Source of the DNA: an uncultured Rikenellaceae bacterium
GTDB taxonomy: Bacteria > Bacteroidota > Bacteroidia > Bacteroidales > VadinHA17
Length of the DNA: 64,000 nt
Assembly (NCBI GenBank): GCA_964472085.1
Contig: CAYYIW010000013.1
Location: 1,288-65,287, forward strand
Direction of reading: 5' to 3'
In this document: positions 1 to 9,297 of the stretch, piece after piece
How the letters are laid out: each line of letters opens with the position of its first letter
How positions within the stretch are numbered: position 1 is the first letter of the stretch
The notes under the pieces: model-generated
Database searches by the model: none
What the model was told of the DNA's origin: nothing
The model's input: the letters and a program-made list of their open reading frames with translations, nothing else
Position numbers and translations under genes: made by a program

Positions 1-261
1 GATGGCACAGTGGCATTTTATGCCCATTTAATGCAAAACGGAGTCCTGGTGGAAAAAGGCGATCATGTTGAACAGGGTCAGAAAATAGTCCTCAGCGGTA
101 ATTCCGGCAATACGCTTAATTTCCCACACCTGCATGTGGGTTTATATGAGGGCTATCCTCCTGTGGAAACATTCGATCTTCCAATAGTATTTAAAAATCT
201 CGAGGGACCTGTCGATGATCTTGGAAGACTTATCGCCGATTGCTGGTATACTGCTTTATAG
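1..261 (+). CDS. M23/LytM-family metallopeptidase, C-terminal fragment (5' end outside window)
   Basis: The frame is open from base 1 (DGTVAFYAHL...). GNSGNTLNFPHLHVGLY carries the HxH zinc-ligand motif of the M23 C-terminal half. Confidence 0.7.
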   Translation, partial: DGTVAFYAHLMQNGVLVEKGDHVEQGQKIVLSGNSGNTLNFPHLHVGLYEGYPPVETFDLPIVFKNLEGPVDDLGRLIADCWYTAL

Positions 262-340
262 TGTTAAATTAGGTTAAAAGAACGGGACAAAATGTTTGTC
301 AGGAACCATTTTGGTTATCTTGCGTTCAAAACCTAACGTC

Positions 341-1564
341 ATGAGAGTATTCTTAAGTATTTCACTTTTAACCCTGTTGTTTTTTGGTTGCAGGTCTGAT
401 GAGGAAAAGCTGGTAAGAAGGGCTGATAAGATCCATGCCTCAATTTTAACTGTCGATACGCATTGTGATACTCCGATGGAACTTTCCAGCCCCGGTTTTG
501 ATCTTGGCGAAAGGCACGATGAAGGATGTGTGGATTTCCCGCGTATGGTCGAGGGAGGTTTGCATGCTGAGTTCTTTGCCGTGTTCACAGGTCAGGGGCC
601 GCGTAATGATTCAGCATTCGATGCTGTTCACCAGCAGGCTCTGAAGATATTCGGGGAGATACATAAGAATGTTGAAAAGAATAGTGCCGTAGCCGGGATC
701 GCCCTCACACCCGATGACGCTTACCGTCTGAAGCGGGAAGGGAAGATAGCGGCGTTTATAGGTATGGAGAATGGTTATCCCATAGGGCTTGATCTCACTA
801 AGGTAAAGGAGTTTTTTGATCTTGGCGCCAGGTATATAACCTTATGTCACACCAGGAACAATGATATCTGTGATTCATCAACCGATCCGGGAGGACCTGA
901 GAACAACGGCCTTTCCCCTTTCGGCGTTGAGGTGGTAAAAGAGATGAACCGTCTTGGTATGATGGTGGATGTATCGCATATCTCCGACAAGGCATTTTAC
1001 GATGTGATAAAGACTTCCTCTGCCCCTGTCATTGCTTCCCATTCTTCATGCAGGGCATTATGCGGGAGTCTCAGGAACATGACTGACGATATGATGCTGG
1101 CTCTGAAAGAAAATGGAGGTGTGATACAGATATGTATTCTTGGTAATTACCTGAAAACACCGGAGCCTAATCCCGAGTTTGATGAGAAACTGAAGGAACT
1201 CCGGGATAAATATGGCAGTTATAAAGACCTTTCCGATTCAATGAAGAAAGTACTTCGCACTGAGTACAGGGCTATACAGAAGAGATATGAGAAACCAGCC
1301 ACGGTGAAGGATGTAGTGGATCACATTGATCATGCTGTACAGGTTATGGGGATCGACTATGTGGGGATAGGAACGGATTTCGATGGAGGAGGCGGTGTTG
1401 AAGGTTGCAGGACAGCAGCTGAGATGAAAAATATAACAATTGAGATGCTCAGGCGGGGTTATACAAAGGCTGAGATCACCAAAATATGGGGAGGCAACAT
1501 CATGCGGGTGATGCGCAGGGTACAGGAAATAGCTGAGAAAGTATCAGGAAGTATTAGCTCCTGA
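341..1564 (+). CDS. Membrane dipeptidase (peptidase M19 family), probable lipoprotein
   Basis: Motifs VDTHCDTP, VSHISDKAF, ASHSSCRAL and GIGTDFDGGGG fit the renal-dipeptidase fold. The ATG at 341 gives the signal/lipobox MRVFLSISLLTLLFFGC. The track start at 296 is a TTG. Confidence 0.85.
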   Translation: MRVFLSISLLTLLFFGCRSDEEKLVRRADKIHASILTVDTHCDTPMELSSPGFDLGERHDEGCVDFPRMVEGGLHAEFFAVFTGQGPRNDSAFDAVHQQALKIFGEIHKNVEKNSAVAGIALTPDDAYRLKREGKIAAFIGMENGYPIGLDLTKVKEFFDLGARYITLCHTRNNDICDSSTDPGGPENNGLSPFGVEVVKEMNRLGMMVDVSHISDKAFYDVIKTSSAPVIASHSSCRALCGSLRNMTDDMMLALKENGGVIQICILGNYLKTPEPNPEFDEKLKELRDKYGSYKDLSDSMKKVLRTEYRAIQKRYEKPATVKDVVDHIDHAVQVMGIDYVGIGTDFDGGGGVEGCRTAAEMKNITIEMLRRGYTKAEITKIWGGNIMRVMRRVQEIAEKVSGSISS

Positions 1565-2639
1565 CCCTTGAGTATTTCAGCGATTTAACCATCCAGTCGG
1601 GCAGCGATTTGTTCGGGTCCCTTTTTCTCAGGTCAAGGTACCATCCCAGTTTTTTCAGGATAGGGATCTTATGTGTCTCCACAAATTCTATCAGTGTCCC
1701 GTCAGGATCTTCGATATATGCAAAATGACCGGCAGCTTCACCCATATCGAAACTGATTCCCTCATGGCTCTTTTTACTGTCGACCGTAAAAGGAAAACCC
1801 TGGCTCTCGCAGAATGTTTTCAGTTCATCCATCCCGTTAATGTCGTAACACAGGTGAATGAACCCGGGATCGCCCCAGTAACGTCCTTCATATATCTTTT
1901 TACCCGGTTGGCCTGCTGTACTTACAAGTTCAATCAGGCTCTGTCCCAGGACTTTGCTGAAGGGACCGGAGAATGACTTGGATCTCTTAAGCAGTACCCG
2001 CCTGCATTCTTTGTCACCACCAGGTAATTCTGCCAGGTCGGGGAAGATACCGGTAGCATCATAGACTACCTGGTCATATCCAAGTATATCGGAATAGACA
2101 ACACGCGATTTCTCAATATCCGATACACCTATCAAAGCTCCGAATGCGCCTCCTGTCAGTTTCTTCTCATTTCTGAACCAGTCATGTCCCTCTACCATCT
2201 GGAACAAATTATCGTCCGGATCCTTCATGAAGAATGTGGATTTATCGTCCGGATCCATTGCTGTAGATGACGGTACCCTGATACCTTCTTTCCTGTAGTA
2301 ATTGAGACTGTCATTAACATTTTTGGCCTTTATTTTACATGCAATGATCCCAAGGTCACCGATCTTAATCTCCTCCTTTATTTTGACTGGCTTTCTGCCT
2401 TTATACTGCCATATTTCAAATCCCCCCCCGCTCTGCAGGTTAAGAGCAAGAACCGCATGCCTGCTTCTTGGCTCTCCTCCTGTGTAAGGAATCATCAGCC
2501 TGGCTTCAGCTTCATCTTCAAAGATACGGCAGTCCATACCAAACTGGCGTATATACCACTTCCAGGCTTCTGTAACATTCATCACACCTATTCCCATCTG
2601 CTGGATGCCGCTGATTACATAGCTTTTCATGTTTAACAT
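1554..2639 (-). CDS. Two-domain VOC (glyoxalase/bleomycin-resistance/dioxygenase) superfamily protein
   Basis: 361 aa with duplicated glyoxalase-like halves (GIQQMGIGVMNV...FEIWQY and FGALIGVSDIEKS...GHFAYIEDPDGTLIEFVE). It is the last gene of a three-gene minus-strand operon. Confidence 0.6.
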   Translation of the reverse strand: MLNMKSYVISGIQQMGIGVMNVTEAWKWYIRQFGMDCRIFEDEAEARLMIPYTGGEPRSRHAVLALNLQSGGGFEIWQYKGRKPVKIKEEIKIGDLGIIACKIKAKNVNDSLNYYRKEGIRVPSSTAMDPDDKSTFFMKDPDDNLFQMVEGHDWFRNEKKLTGGAFGALIGVSDIEKSRVVYSDILGYDQVVYDATGIFPDLAELPGGDKECRRVLLKRSKSFSGPFSKVLGQSLIELVSTAGQPGKKIYEGRYWGDPGFIHLCYDINGMDELKTFCESQGFPFTVDSKKSHEGISFDMGEAAGHFAYIEDPDGTLIEFVETHKIPILKKLGWYLDLRKRDPNKSLPDWMVKSLKYSRVRS

Positions 2640-2648
2640 TTATTTCTC

Positions 2649-3455
2649 TTAAGTTGATTTTATTTTATCTGCTATCCTGAAAAAAAGCCAGGGAAGATAG
2701 CGCCTTATATGAAGCATTGCCATCTCACCTTTTCCGACCAGTATTTCATGTTTATTTCTTTTTATACCGTTAATGATCATCATTGCCGCTTCAGCAGAAG
2801 TGATACCTTTAGCCTGGCCCTCATCCAGCTTTCCGTGTTCTTTTCCTTCTGAATCAAGAGCATGCAAGGATATAGCTGTTCTCACTCTGCCGGGAATAAT
2901 AACGGAAGACATTATATTATATTTTTTATTTTCGAGATAAAGCGTCTCAAAAAACCCATGCAGGGCCTGTTTCGATGCTGAATAGGCCGATCTGAGGGGA
3001 AATCCGAATCTTCCTGATATACTGCTTGTAGCAAGTATATGTCCTGACTTTTGCTTTATCATATAAGGAAGTACAGCCTTTGTAAAGGCTATTGTGCCAA
3101 AATAATTTATTTCGAATATCTTCCTGTCGAGCCATAAGGGTGTTTCATCAATTCTGGCCCTCTGGCTTATCCCTCCAATGTTGATGAGGTAGTCAATCTT
3201 TCCTGTTTCCATTATTTGAGAATCTACAAGCTCGTTTATTGAAGAGGTATCGGAAAGATCAAAAGGAACACACCTGACCATGCCGGATGCTTCATTACAT
3301 GCAGCTTTAACTCTTTCAAGCTCTTCAGGCTCTTTTGAAGAAGCAATGACAAAGGCACCTCTTTTTGCAAATTCATAAACGAGTGCTTCACCAATCCCCG
3401 AAGAAGCTCCGGTTATCCAGGCTACTTTGTCTTTGAACATTGTATTCTTAATCAT
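2649..3455 (-). CDS. Short-chain dehydrogenase/reductase (SDR), DHRS7-like with hydrophobic C-terminal tail
   Basis: TGASSGIGEA cofactor motif and the YSASK catalytic Tyr/Lys motif. Its start lies 2 nt after the stop of the upstream acyltransferase. Confidence 0.9.
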   Translation of the reverse strand: MIKNTMFKDKVAWITGASSGIGEALVYEFAKRGAFVIASSKEPEELERVKAACNEASGMVRCVPFDLSDTSSINELVDSQIMETGKIDYLINIGGISQRARIDETPLWLDRKIFEINYFGTIAFTKAVLPYMIKQKSGHILATSSISGRFGFPLRSAYSASKQALHGFFETLYLENKKYNIMSSVIIPGRVRTAISLHALDSEGKEHGKLDEGQAKGITSAEAAMMIINGIKRNKHEILVGKGEMAMLHIRRYLPWLFFRIADKIKST

Positions 3456-3457
3456 GA

Positions 3458-4786
3458 TTATAAACCTGTGACCAGCATTAAAAGTTCAGCGTGATTTTGT
3501 CTGAGAATCGTAAATTCCCCGTTCTTTTTCCTGAGGTATTTCCTGATCCTGAATCCTCCTGTAATCCTTCTGAATCCCAGGTAATAATTCCAGGCAAAAA
3601 GACCTGACAGGGGAATCGTAAGGAAGACAGCCAGGGCCAGCCACCATGGTGACAAAAAGATTAATAACAGTATCAGGTAAAGAGGCATAAGTATAAATGC
3701 CAGTGCAAGTGAAAGACCGTATCGTATCGAGGAGTGAAACTGGACATCCCGTATTTTCTTTATCTGAAGGTTAGGGATCTCAAGGAAGACCAGGTTAAAT
3801 ATGTTACCATAAATGAACAGGGGGAATGAAGCTATTAGTCCTATCATACCTGCAATTAGCCATCCAAGCGGATGTTTCTTTTTCTCAAGAAGCCTGTAAT
3901 TGGCATTCATCTCTTTTGCCTTCTTCTTTACATAGAGGCTCAGATCGCAAATCTTCCTGTAAAGTACCGGATCTGATGATTTGAGTTTATTGAGCTTGTT
4001 GATAAGTATCCTGTCCCTGAACAGTTTTGGAAACCTGATATCGTCACTGTATTTTCCGTTAATCATGCTTCTCAGCTCATCAATGGCCTCATAGTCCTCT
4101 TCGGACTCGATATGTACCATATTCATCTTCATCTTTTCCGACAGTCTTGCCCTGAGTTCGTTGAGTGCCCTTTCCGGGCTTTCCCTGTATAGTTCATGGA
4201 ACTCAGACACCTCTACCGGTTTACCATAAACCACAGTAAGTACCTGTCTTACACGACTGTAGTTTGAGAATTCAAGACCCACAGGTATAAGCTTGATATT
4301 AAGATCGAACCCTGTAGCCTCTTCCGACTGGAAAGCAATCCTGCAAATGCCCTTCTTCAGCTGACGGAGCCTTCTGAAGCCTTCATGGTTACCTTCCGGA
4401 AGTATAACAAGCCCGTTATTGTTCCGGAGTACATCAATAGTCTTTGTGAATATCTCATCGTTTCCCTTGAGGTTGCTGTAACCATCCCGTAACCTGTATA
4501 CAGGCAGTAATTTGAGGAAATATAATATTGAAGCTATTGTTTTCTTTTTGAATATATCGGCTCTTGCAAGAAAAACCGGCTGTCCCCTGTGGGTAAAAAG
4601 AACAGCGAGGGCGTCCATAAGAGCATTCTGATGGTTCGGGGCAAAAATAAGGTGCTGGTCCGGAACGATGTTCTCCCGGCCCAGGATAATGACCCTTCTG
4701 TAAAAAACGTTGTTATGCCAGAAACCTGCAATAGTCTTTAAAAGGGCGTATCCAGCAGAGTACTTTTCAATGTTTTCCTTACCCAT
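3458..4786 (-). CDS. PlsC/GPAT-superfamily acyltransferase with C-terminal multi-TM extension
   Basis: HX4D motif (PNHQNALMD) and the LPEGNH block. The C-terminal ~130 aa contains several hydrophobic segments (LIAGMIGLIASFPLFIY, LALAFILMPLYLILLLIFLSPWWLALAVFL). Confidence 0.75.
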   Translation of the reverse strand: MGKENIEKYSAGYALLKTIAGFWHNNVFYRRVIILGRENIVPDQHLIFAPNHQNALMDALAVLFTHRGQPVFLARADIFKKKTIASILYFLKLLPVYRLRDGYSNLKGNDEIFTKTIDVLRNNNGLVILPEGNHEGFRRLRQLKKGICRIAFQSEEATGFDLNIKLIPVGLEFSNYSRVRQVLTVVYGKPVEVSEFHELYRESPERALNELRARLSEKMKMNMVHIESEEDYEAIDELRSMINGKYSDDIRFPKLFRDRILINKLNKLKSSDPVLYRKICDLSLYVKKKAKEMNANYRLLEKKKHPLGWLIAGMIGLIASFPLFIYGNIFNLVFLEIPNLQIKKIRDVQFHSSIRYGLSLALAFILMPLYLILLLIFLSPWWLALAVFLTIPLSGLFAWNYYLGFRRITGGFRIRKYLRKKNGEFTILRQNHAELLMLVTGL

Positions 4787-4977
4787 TTACTTTACATATC
4801 TTCACTTTCTAGTATTGTTGAAAAAATCACTGCCTATCTGCATCACAGAAGGTTTAAACATGCATTTTCAACAACTACAGAATACTTGATGCAAGTTATA
4901 AAAAATGCATTTCCACTATCAAATAGATAATTATTTTAGGTGTCTTTTAATAAATATTAAGTCTTTATACCACCATG

Positions 4978-5373
4978 TCACTGAAAATTGAAATCGTCAT
5001 TGATCCTGTCAATGGTTCTTCTTTCCTTTTTGGTTGGCCTACCGGTCCCCTTCTCCCGGAAACCTACTCTGGCTGAATACCTGAGATCCAGTTTTGCCTT
5101 TTCCTCCCCGGGAGTTATGTTTTCGATAAATTGGGGAACAAGTTTTGCAGAGATCCTGTTTTCGATGGGCTCAATAATGCGATATGTATAAGTGATAGGA
5201 GGTTTCCGTACTGTCAAAGTCTCATCGGCTTCAACGATCCTCGATGGTTTCACCTGGATGTCATTGATAGTTACTCGTCCTTTGCGGCATTCACCGGATG
5301 CAATGCTGCGTGTCTTATAGATCCTTACCGCCCACAGGAATTTATCGATCCTTATTGATTTATTTTCTTCCAT
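4978..5373 (-). CDS. hslR: S4-domain RNA-binding protein, Hsp15-like ribosome-recycling factor
   Basis: RIDKFLWAVRIYKTRSIASGECRKGRVTIN is an S4 alpha-L motif. The start codon directly abuts the pth stop (TAAATG). Confidence 0.7.
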   Translation of the reverse strand: MEENKSIRIDKFLWAVRIYKTRSIASGECRKGRVTINDIQVKPSRIVEADETLTVRKPPITYTYRIIEPIENRISAKLVPQFIENITPGEEKAKLDLRYSARVGFREKGTGRPTKKERRTIDRINDDFNFQ

Positions 5374-6003
5374 TTAATCCCGGTTGTCAGGATTTTCTTT
5401 TTCTGTTCTGTTATTGCCTGATGGCATCCTTACCTTACCCTCTTTATTGAAGGCGGTCATTGTGAGTTCGAGCCCGGCAAACGTAAAAGATTTGATTATC
5501 TCAATCACAACACCTATTCTTCCTTCCATGAATTCTTTTTCCTCCCTGGTCCATCTGCCAAGGACAAAATTCACCTGTGCACCTTTCCGGAAGTTATTGC
5601 CGATACCTATCCTGATCCTTGGATATTCATTGGTAGCGAGGACTGTGTTTATATGTGCAAGTCCGTTATGTCCGCCATCGCTGCCCTTTGGCCTCATCCT
5701 TATGCTCCCTTCAGGCAGGGCCAGGTCATCAACAATTACAAGCATGTTCTCAGGGACTATCTTTTCCTTCTTCATCCAGTAATTAACTGCATTGCCACTA
5801 AGGTTCATATAAGTAGAAGGTTTAAGAAGGATAAGTTCGCGGCCTTTATACCTTATGTTACATACAGCACCATAACGTCTGTCTGTGAAAGAAGCATTGG
5901 ATGCCAATGCCATGGCATCCAATACTGCAAATCCTATATTGTGACGGGTATCTTTATACTCTTCACCTATATTACCGAGACCAACTATCAGATATTTCAT
6001 CAA
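5374..6003 (-). CDS. pth: Peptidyl-tRNA hydrolase
   Basis: LIVGLGNIGEEYKDTRHNIGF and GHNGL motifs. Confidence 0.95.
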   Translation of the reverse strand: MMKYLIVGLGNIGEEYKDTRHNIGFAVLDAMALASNASFTDRRYGAVCNIRYKGRELILLKPSTYMNLSGNAVNYWMKKEKIVPENMLVIVDDLALPEGSIRMRPKGSDGGHNGLAHINTVLATNEYPRIRIGIGNNFRKGAQVNFVLGRWTREEKEFMEGRIGVVIEIIKSFTFAGLELTMTAFNKEGKVRMPSGNNRTEKENPDNRD

Positions 6004-6031
6004 TCCTGATTGTTGTTAAAAACAAAAGGCT

Positions 6032-6652
6032 TTATTCGGAAGCCTGTTCTTCAGCAGGTGCCTCTTCGGCAGGTTCTTCTTCAGCTATTTCTTCAACTGA
6101 TACTTGAGCAACACGTGAAGTTGCGATGGTGAGTATCATCAGTCTCCTGTTGTCCAGGAACTCAATCTTGTCGGCTGAAAGGTCGCCAACCTTGATGGAG
6201 TCGTGTATCTGGAGTTTTGTAATATCAACTGTTATATGTTCAGGAAGATCTTTGGGCAGTGCTCTTATCAGCAGGTTTCTTTTTTTCAGGCTGAGCTTAC
6301 CACCGGCAATAACGCCTGCTGAATCACCGGTAACCATAACAGGGACACTTATTACAACAGGTTTATCTTCGAATATTTCGATGAAATCAGCATGAATAAT
6401 GCTGTCCGTTACCGGATGGAACTGAATATCCTTAAGAACCGCTCTGACCTCCAGTTTGTCAATATGAAAATTCACAAGATGAGCTTCGTGAGTGTAAACG
6501 AGGTTTTTAAAACTCAGTTCAGGTGCCTCGAAATGGAGATTTCCATCTTTCCTGTAAATCACACATGGCACATTGCCGGCTTTCCTTGTCTGCCTGGAGC
6601 TTTTCTTGCCAAGTTCTGTCCTGACTGACCCTGTAATCTCAATAGTTTTCAT
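6032..6652 (-). CDS. rplY: 50S ribosomal protein L25 / general stress protein Ctc
   Basis: The N-terminal L25 fold sequence (R...GKKSSRQTRKAGNVPCVIY) and an acidic Glu/Ala-rich tail, typical of the long Ctc form. Confidence 0.9.
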   Translation of the reverse strand: MKTIEITGSVRTELGKKSSRQTRKAGNVPCVIYRKDGNLHFEAPELSFKNLVYTHEAHLVNFHIDKLEVRAVLKDIQFHPVTDSIIHADFIEIFEDKPVVISVPVMVTGDSAGVIAGGKLSLKKRNLLIRALPKDLPEHITVDITKLQIHDSIKVGDLSADKIEFLDNRRLMILTIATSRVAQVSVEEIAEEEPAEEAPAEEQASE

Positions 6653-6737
6653 TTATCTGTTTGTTATTGTGCTACTAAAAGTTACACTTCTGATAACTCC
6701 CCATCACACGTTTGACACATATAAAAATTTTGGCCTG

Positions 6738-6745
6738 CAAATATA
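6738..6745 (-). promoter_or_regulatory. Candidate Bacteroidota sigma-A -7 box (TATATTTG on the minus strand) for rplY-pth-hslR
   Basis: Plus-strand CAAATATA is the reverse complement of TAnnTTTG. It lies about 86 nt upstream of the rplY ATG. Confidence 0.35.
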
Positions 6746-6756
6746 GAATAAAGGAA

Positions 6757-7695
6757 TCAGAATACAAAATTTGTGCTTATAGACTGGTTGGTGTTCACAG
6801 CTTCTATTGTCGTGGCAAAAATTTCGGCAATAGACAGTATCTTTATCTTGGGTGAGGAAGCGTTCATAGGAACAGAATCGCTGACCACCAGTTCTTCTAT
6901 TGCAGATTTATCAATTCTTTCGATCGCATTACCTGAAAGTATCGGGTGTGTGGCAAATGCCCTGATACTTTTTGCTCCTCTTTCTTTCATCATGTCAGCA
7001 GCCAGGACCAGTGTCCCTGCGGTATCTACCATATCATCAATGATGACAACATTTCTTCCCTCAACCTCACCTATCACAGACATCTCTTCAATAACATTAG
7101 GTTTTTTTCGAAGTTTATAACAAAGTACCATTTCAGACTGAAGATGACGCGAATAGGCATTTGCCCTCTTTGAACCACCCATGTCGGGAGCAGATACGGT
7201 AAGATTGCTGAGTTTCAGTTTTTCTATATATGGTGCGAAGATAGCGGAGCCGAACAGGTGATCAACCGGTACATTGAAGAAACCCTGTATCTGGTCAGCA
7301 TGCAGATCCATCGTTATTATACGGTCAACACCTGCTGTGCTAAGCAAATCGGCCGATAGTTTTGACCCTATTGATACCCTGGGCCTGTCTTTCCGGTCCT
7401 GCCTGGCAAGTCCATAATATGGAATGACGGCAATGACCTTATATGCTGATGCTCTTTTCGCCGCATCGATCATCAGGAGAAGCTCAAGAAGGTTTTCTGC
7501 AGGAGGATTGGTAGATTGGACTATGAATACCATGCTGCCCCTTACCGACTCATTGAAACACGGCTGGAATTCACCGTCGCTGAATTCCGTTACTGAACTC
7601 TTCCCGAGTTCAATGCCGAGCTTGTCGGCTATCCTAAGGGCCAGATCTTTGGATGCCCTGCAGGAAAATAATTTCATTGGTGCTTTTCCGAACAT
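6757..7695 (-). CDS. prs: Ribose-phosphate pyrophosphokinase
   Basis: Motifs YYGLARQDRK, DLHADQIQGFF and VIIDDMVDTAGT. An alternative start at 7677 (MKLFS) is possible. Confidence 0.95.
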   Translation of the reverse strand: MFGKAPMKLFSCRASKDLALRIADKLGIELGKSSVTEFSDGEFQPCFNESVRGSMVFIVQSTNPPAENLLELLLMIDAAKRASAYKVIAVIPYYGLARQDRKDRPRVSIGSKLSADLLSTAGVDRIITMDLHADQIQGFFNVPVDHLFGSAIFAPYIEKLKLSNLTVSAPDMGGSKRANAYSRHLQSEMVLCYKLRKKPNVIEEMSVIGEVEGRNVVIIDDMVDTAGTLVLAADMMKERGAKSIRAFATHPILSGNAIERIDKSAIEELVVSDSVPMNASSPKIKILSIAEIFATTIEAVNTNQSISTNFVF

Positions 7696-7762
7696 TCTCC
7701 TAAAATTTTTTTGTAAAATTATTATAAATATGATGTTACAAAAATATAAATTCCGCCTGATA

Positions 7763-8371
7763 TCAGACGGAATTTGAAAACTTGTTCATAGATTCTTCTA
7801 TGTAGCTGAGTATGGTATCCCTCCCTTTCCCCGTAACTGCCGATGTGATGAAGGACGGAGGCAACGATTCCCAACTGTCAAGCATTATGCCGTTATATGT
7901 TTCGATTGACTTCTTAAGTGCCGCTGCTGAAAGCTTATCGCTTTTTGTAAACACCCTGGCAAAAGCTATCCTGTTAATACCAAGGAATTCCATGAATTCA
8001 ATATCTGATTGCTGCGGTTTATGTCTTGTATCGATAAGCACAAACAGGGAGACCAGGTTCTCTCTCTTAATAATAAACTCTTGGGTCGACCTGGTCCACC
8101 TTTCTCTAAGCCTGACCGGTACTTTGGCATAACCATATCCAGGCAGATCGACCAGGAACCAGCTGTCGTTGATCAGAAAATGGTTGATGGTCCTTGTCTT
8201 CCCGGGATGTCCCGATGTTTTTGCAAGTTTTCTTCTTCCCGTCAGCATATTGATCAGTGATGATTTTCCTACGTTCGATCTTCCAATAAAGCCGAATTCC
8301 GGCTTTGAAGTTGCAGGGCACTCTTTTAGAGAAGGGCTGCTTTTAATAAAACTGGCGGAACGAATTATCAT
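7763..8371 (-). CDS. engB: Ribosome-biogenesis GTPase YihA/YsxC (EngB)
   Basis: G1 motif GRSNVGKSSLINML, DLPGYGYAK and the TKSDK G4 motif. Confidence 0.9.
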   Translation of the reverse strand: MIIRSASFIKSSPSLKECPATSKPEFGFIGRSNVGKSSLINMLTGRRKLAKTSGHPGKTRTINHFLINDSWFLVDLPGYGYAKVPVRLRERWTRSTQEFIIKRENLVSLFVLIDTRHKPQQSDIEFMEFLGINRIAFARVFTKSDKLSAAALKKSIETYNGIMLDSWESLPPSFITSAVTGKGRDTILSYIEESMNKFSNSV

Positions 8372-8380
8372 GGTAAATGA

Positions 8381-9166
8381 CTAGTTAAGATCATTATAGG
8401 GCAGGTTGATCTTTTTATGTACCAGGTAGTTATTTCCGAAATTGGTCAGTATCTCCGCTATGACATCCACAGAACCCGGCTGAGGTTTTGATGTCTTCTT
8501 CAGGTTAAGATAACCAATGCCTTTAACGGTACGTATCTTTTCAAGATGCAGTGTATCAAAGAGGCCGTTCGTATAATTACCACGGTAGTACCTTACTTTC
8601 TGTGCTTTATTTGACAGTTCGAGAGTTATATGATAAATGCCGGTTGTACTGTAATCATCGGTCGTTTTAACCACCAGGCCCGGATAATCTTTTATTAGCT
8701 TTCCATTGCGGGTATATTCTTCAAGAAATGGTTCTCTGAAGCCTTTTTTGTATTTCAGAATGGCTTTAACTTCGCCTGTCCTGTAATATTGAGTCTGTGT
8801 TCCGTTAATGGTGTCGTGCAAGTAAGGTGTTATCCTGAAGATCTGTCCCTCCTCATAATACCATTTTGATGAGTCTTCGCGAAGACCGTCCACATACCAG
8901 AAAGTCATCCTGACTTTTCCGCTCATATAAAATGTCTTCTTTAATCCCTCTTCTATTCCGTTTTTGTAGGTCGTTTCGCTGACAATGTATCTGCCGCTCA
9001 TTAATTTTTTGATGCCAGTGAATCCTGTATCAGGCACTGCTGCAACAGTATCTTCAACCGGCTGAGCTTCCTTTTGCCGGGTCTGATTACCTTTGCAACC
9101 ACTGAATGACATGATAGCTACAGTGACCATAAGAGCCAGACTGATAGCATTACTTAATTTCTTCAT
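8381..9166 (-). CDS. Lipoprotein with MORN-variant (YwqK-like) repeats
   Basis: Signal/lipobox MVTVAIMSFSGC, followed by repeated YxNGxxxG units (YKNGIEEGLKKTFYMSGK, WYYEEGQIF, YYRTGEVKAI). Confidence 0.6.
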   Translation of the reverse strand: MKKLSNAISLALMVTVAIMSFSGCKGNQTRQKEAQPVEDTVAAVPDTGFTGIKKLMSGRYIVSETTYKNGIEEGLKKTFYMSGKVRMTFWYVDGLREDSSKWYYEEGQIFRITPYLHDTINGTQTQYYRTGEVKAILKYKKGFREPFLEEYTRNGKLIKDYPGLVVKTTDDYSTTGIYHITLELSNKAQKVRYYRGNYTNGLFDTLHLEKIRTVKGIGYLNLKKTSKPQPGSVDVIAEILTNFGNNYLVHKKINLPYNDLN

Positions 9167-9297
9167 TATGTTGGTGTATTTATATGATAAATGGTTTATA
9201 TACCGGGTTATATCTTACTCATTTGTGAAGTTAAGAAAGTTAAATGAATCGCAAAGGATCCGGTAGAAATTGTTACATGTCTGAAAGCAAGCAAAAA

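Noticed and set aside
4815-4874. 10-bp inverted repeat TTGTTGAAAA...TTTTCAACAA with a 40-nt loop between hslR and the acyltransferase gene
   Set aside because: It is AT-rich with a very long loop and has no U-tract on the relevant (minus) strand. It does not qualify as a terminator and I see no other function.
8381-9166. YwqK-like MORN-repeat protein as a possible antitoxin of a toxin-antitoxin pair
   Set aside because: It has a lipoprotein signal, so it is exported, and there is no adjacent toxin-like gene. The antitoxin label for this family is only a naming convention.
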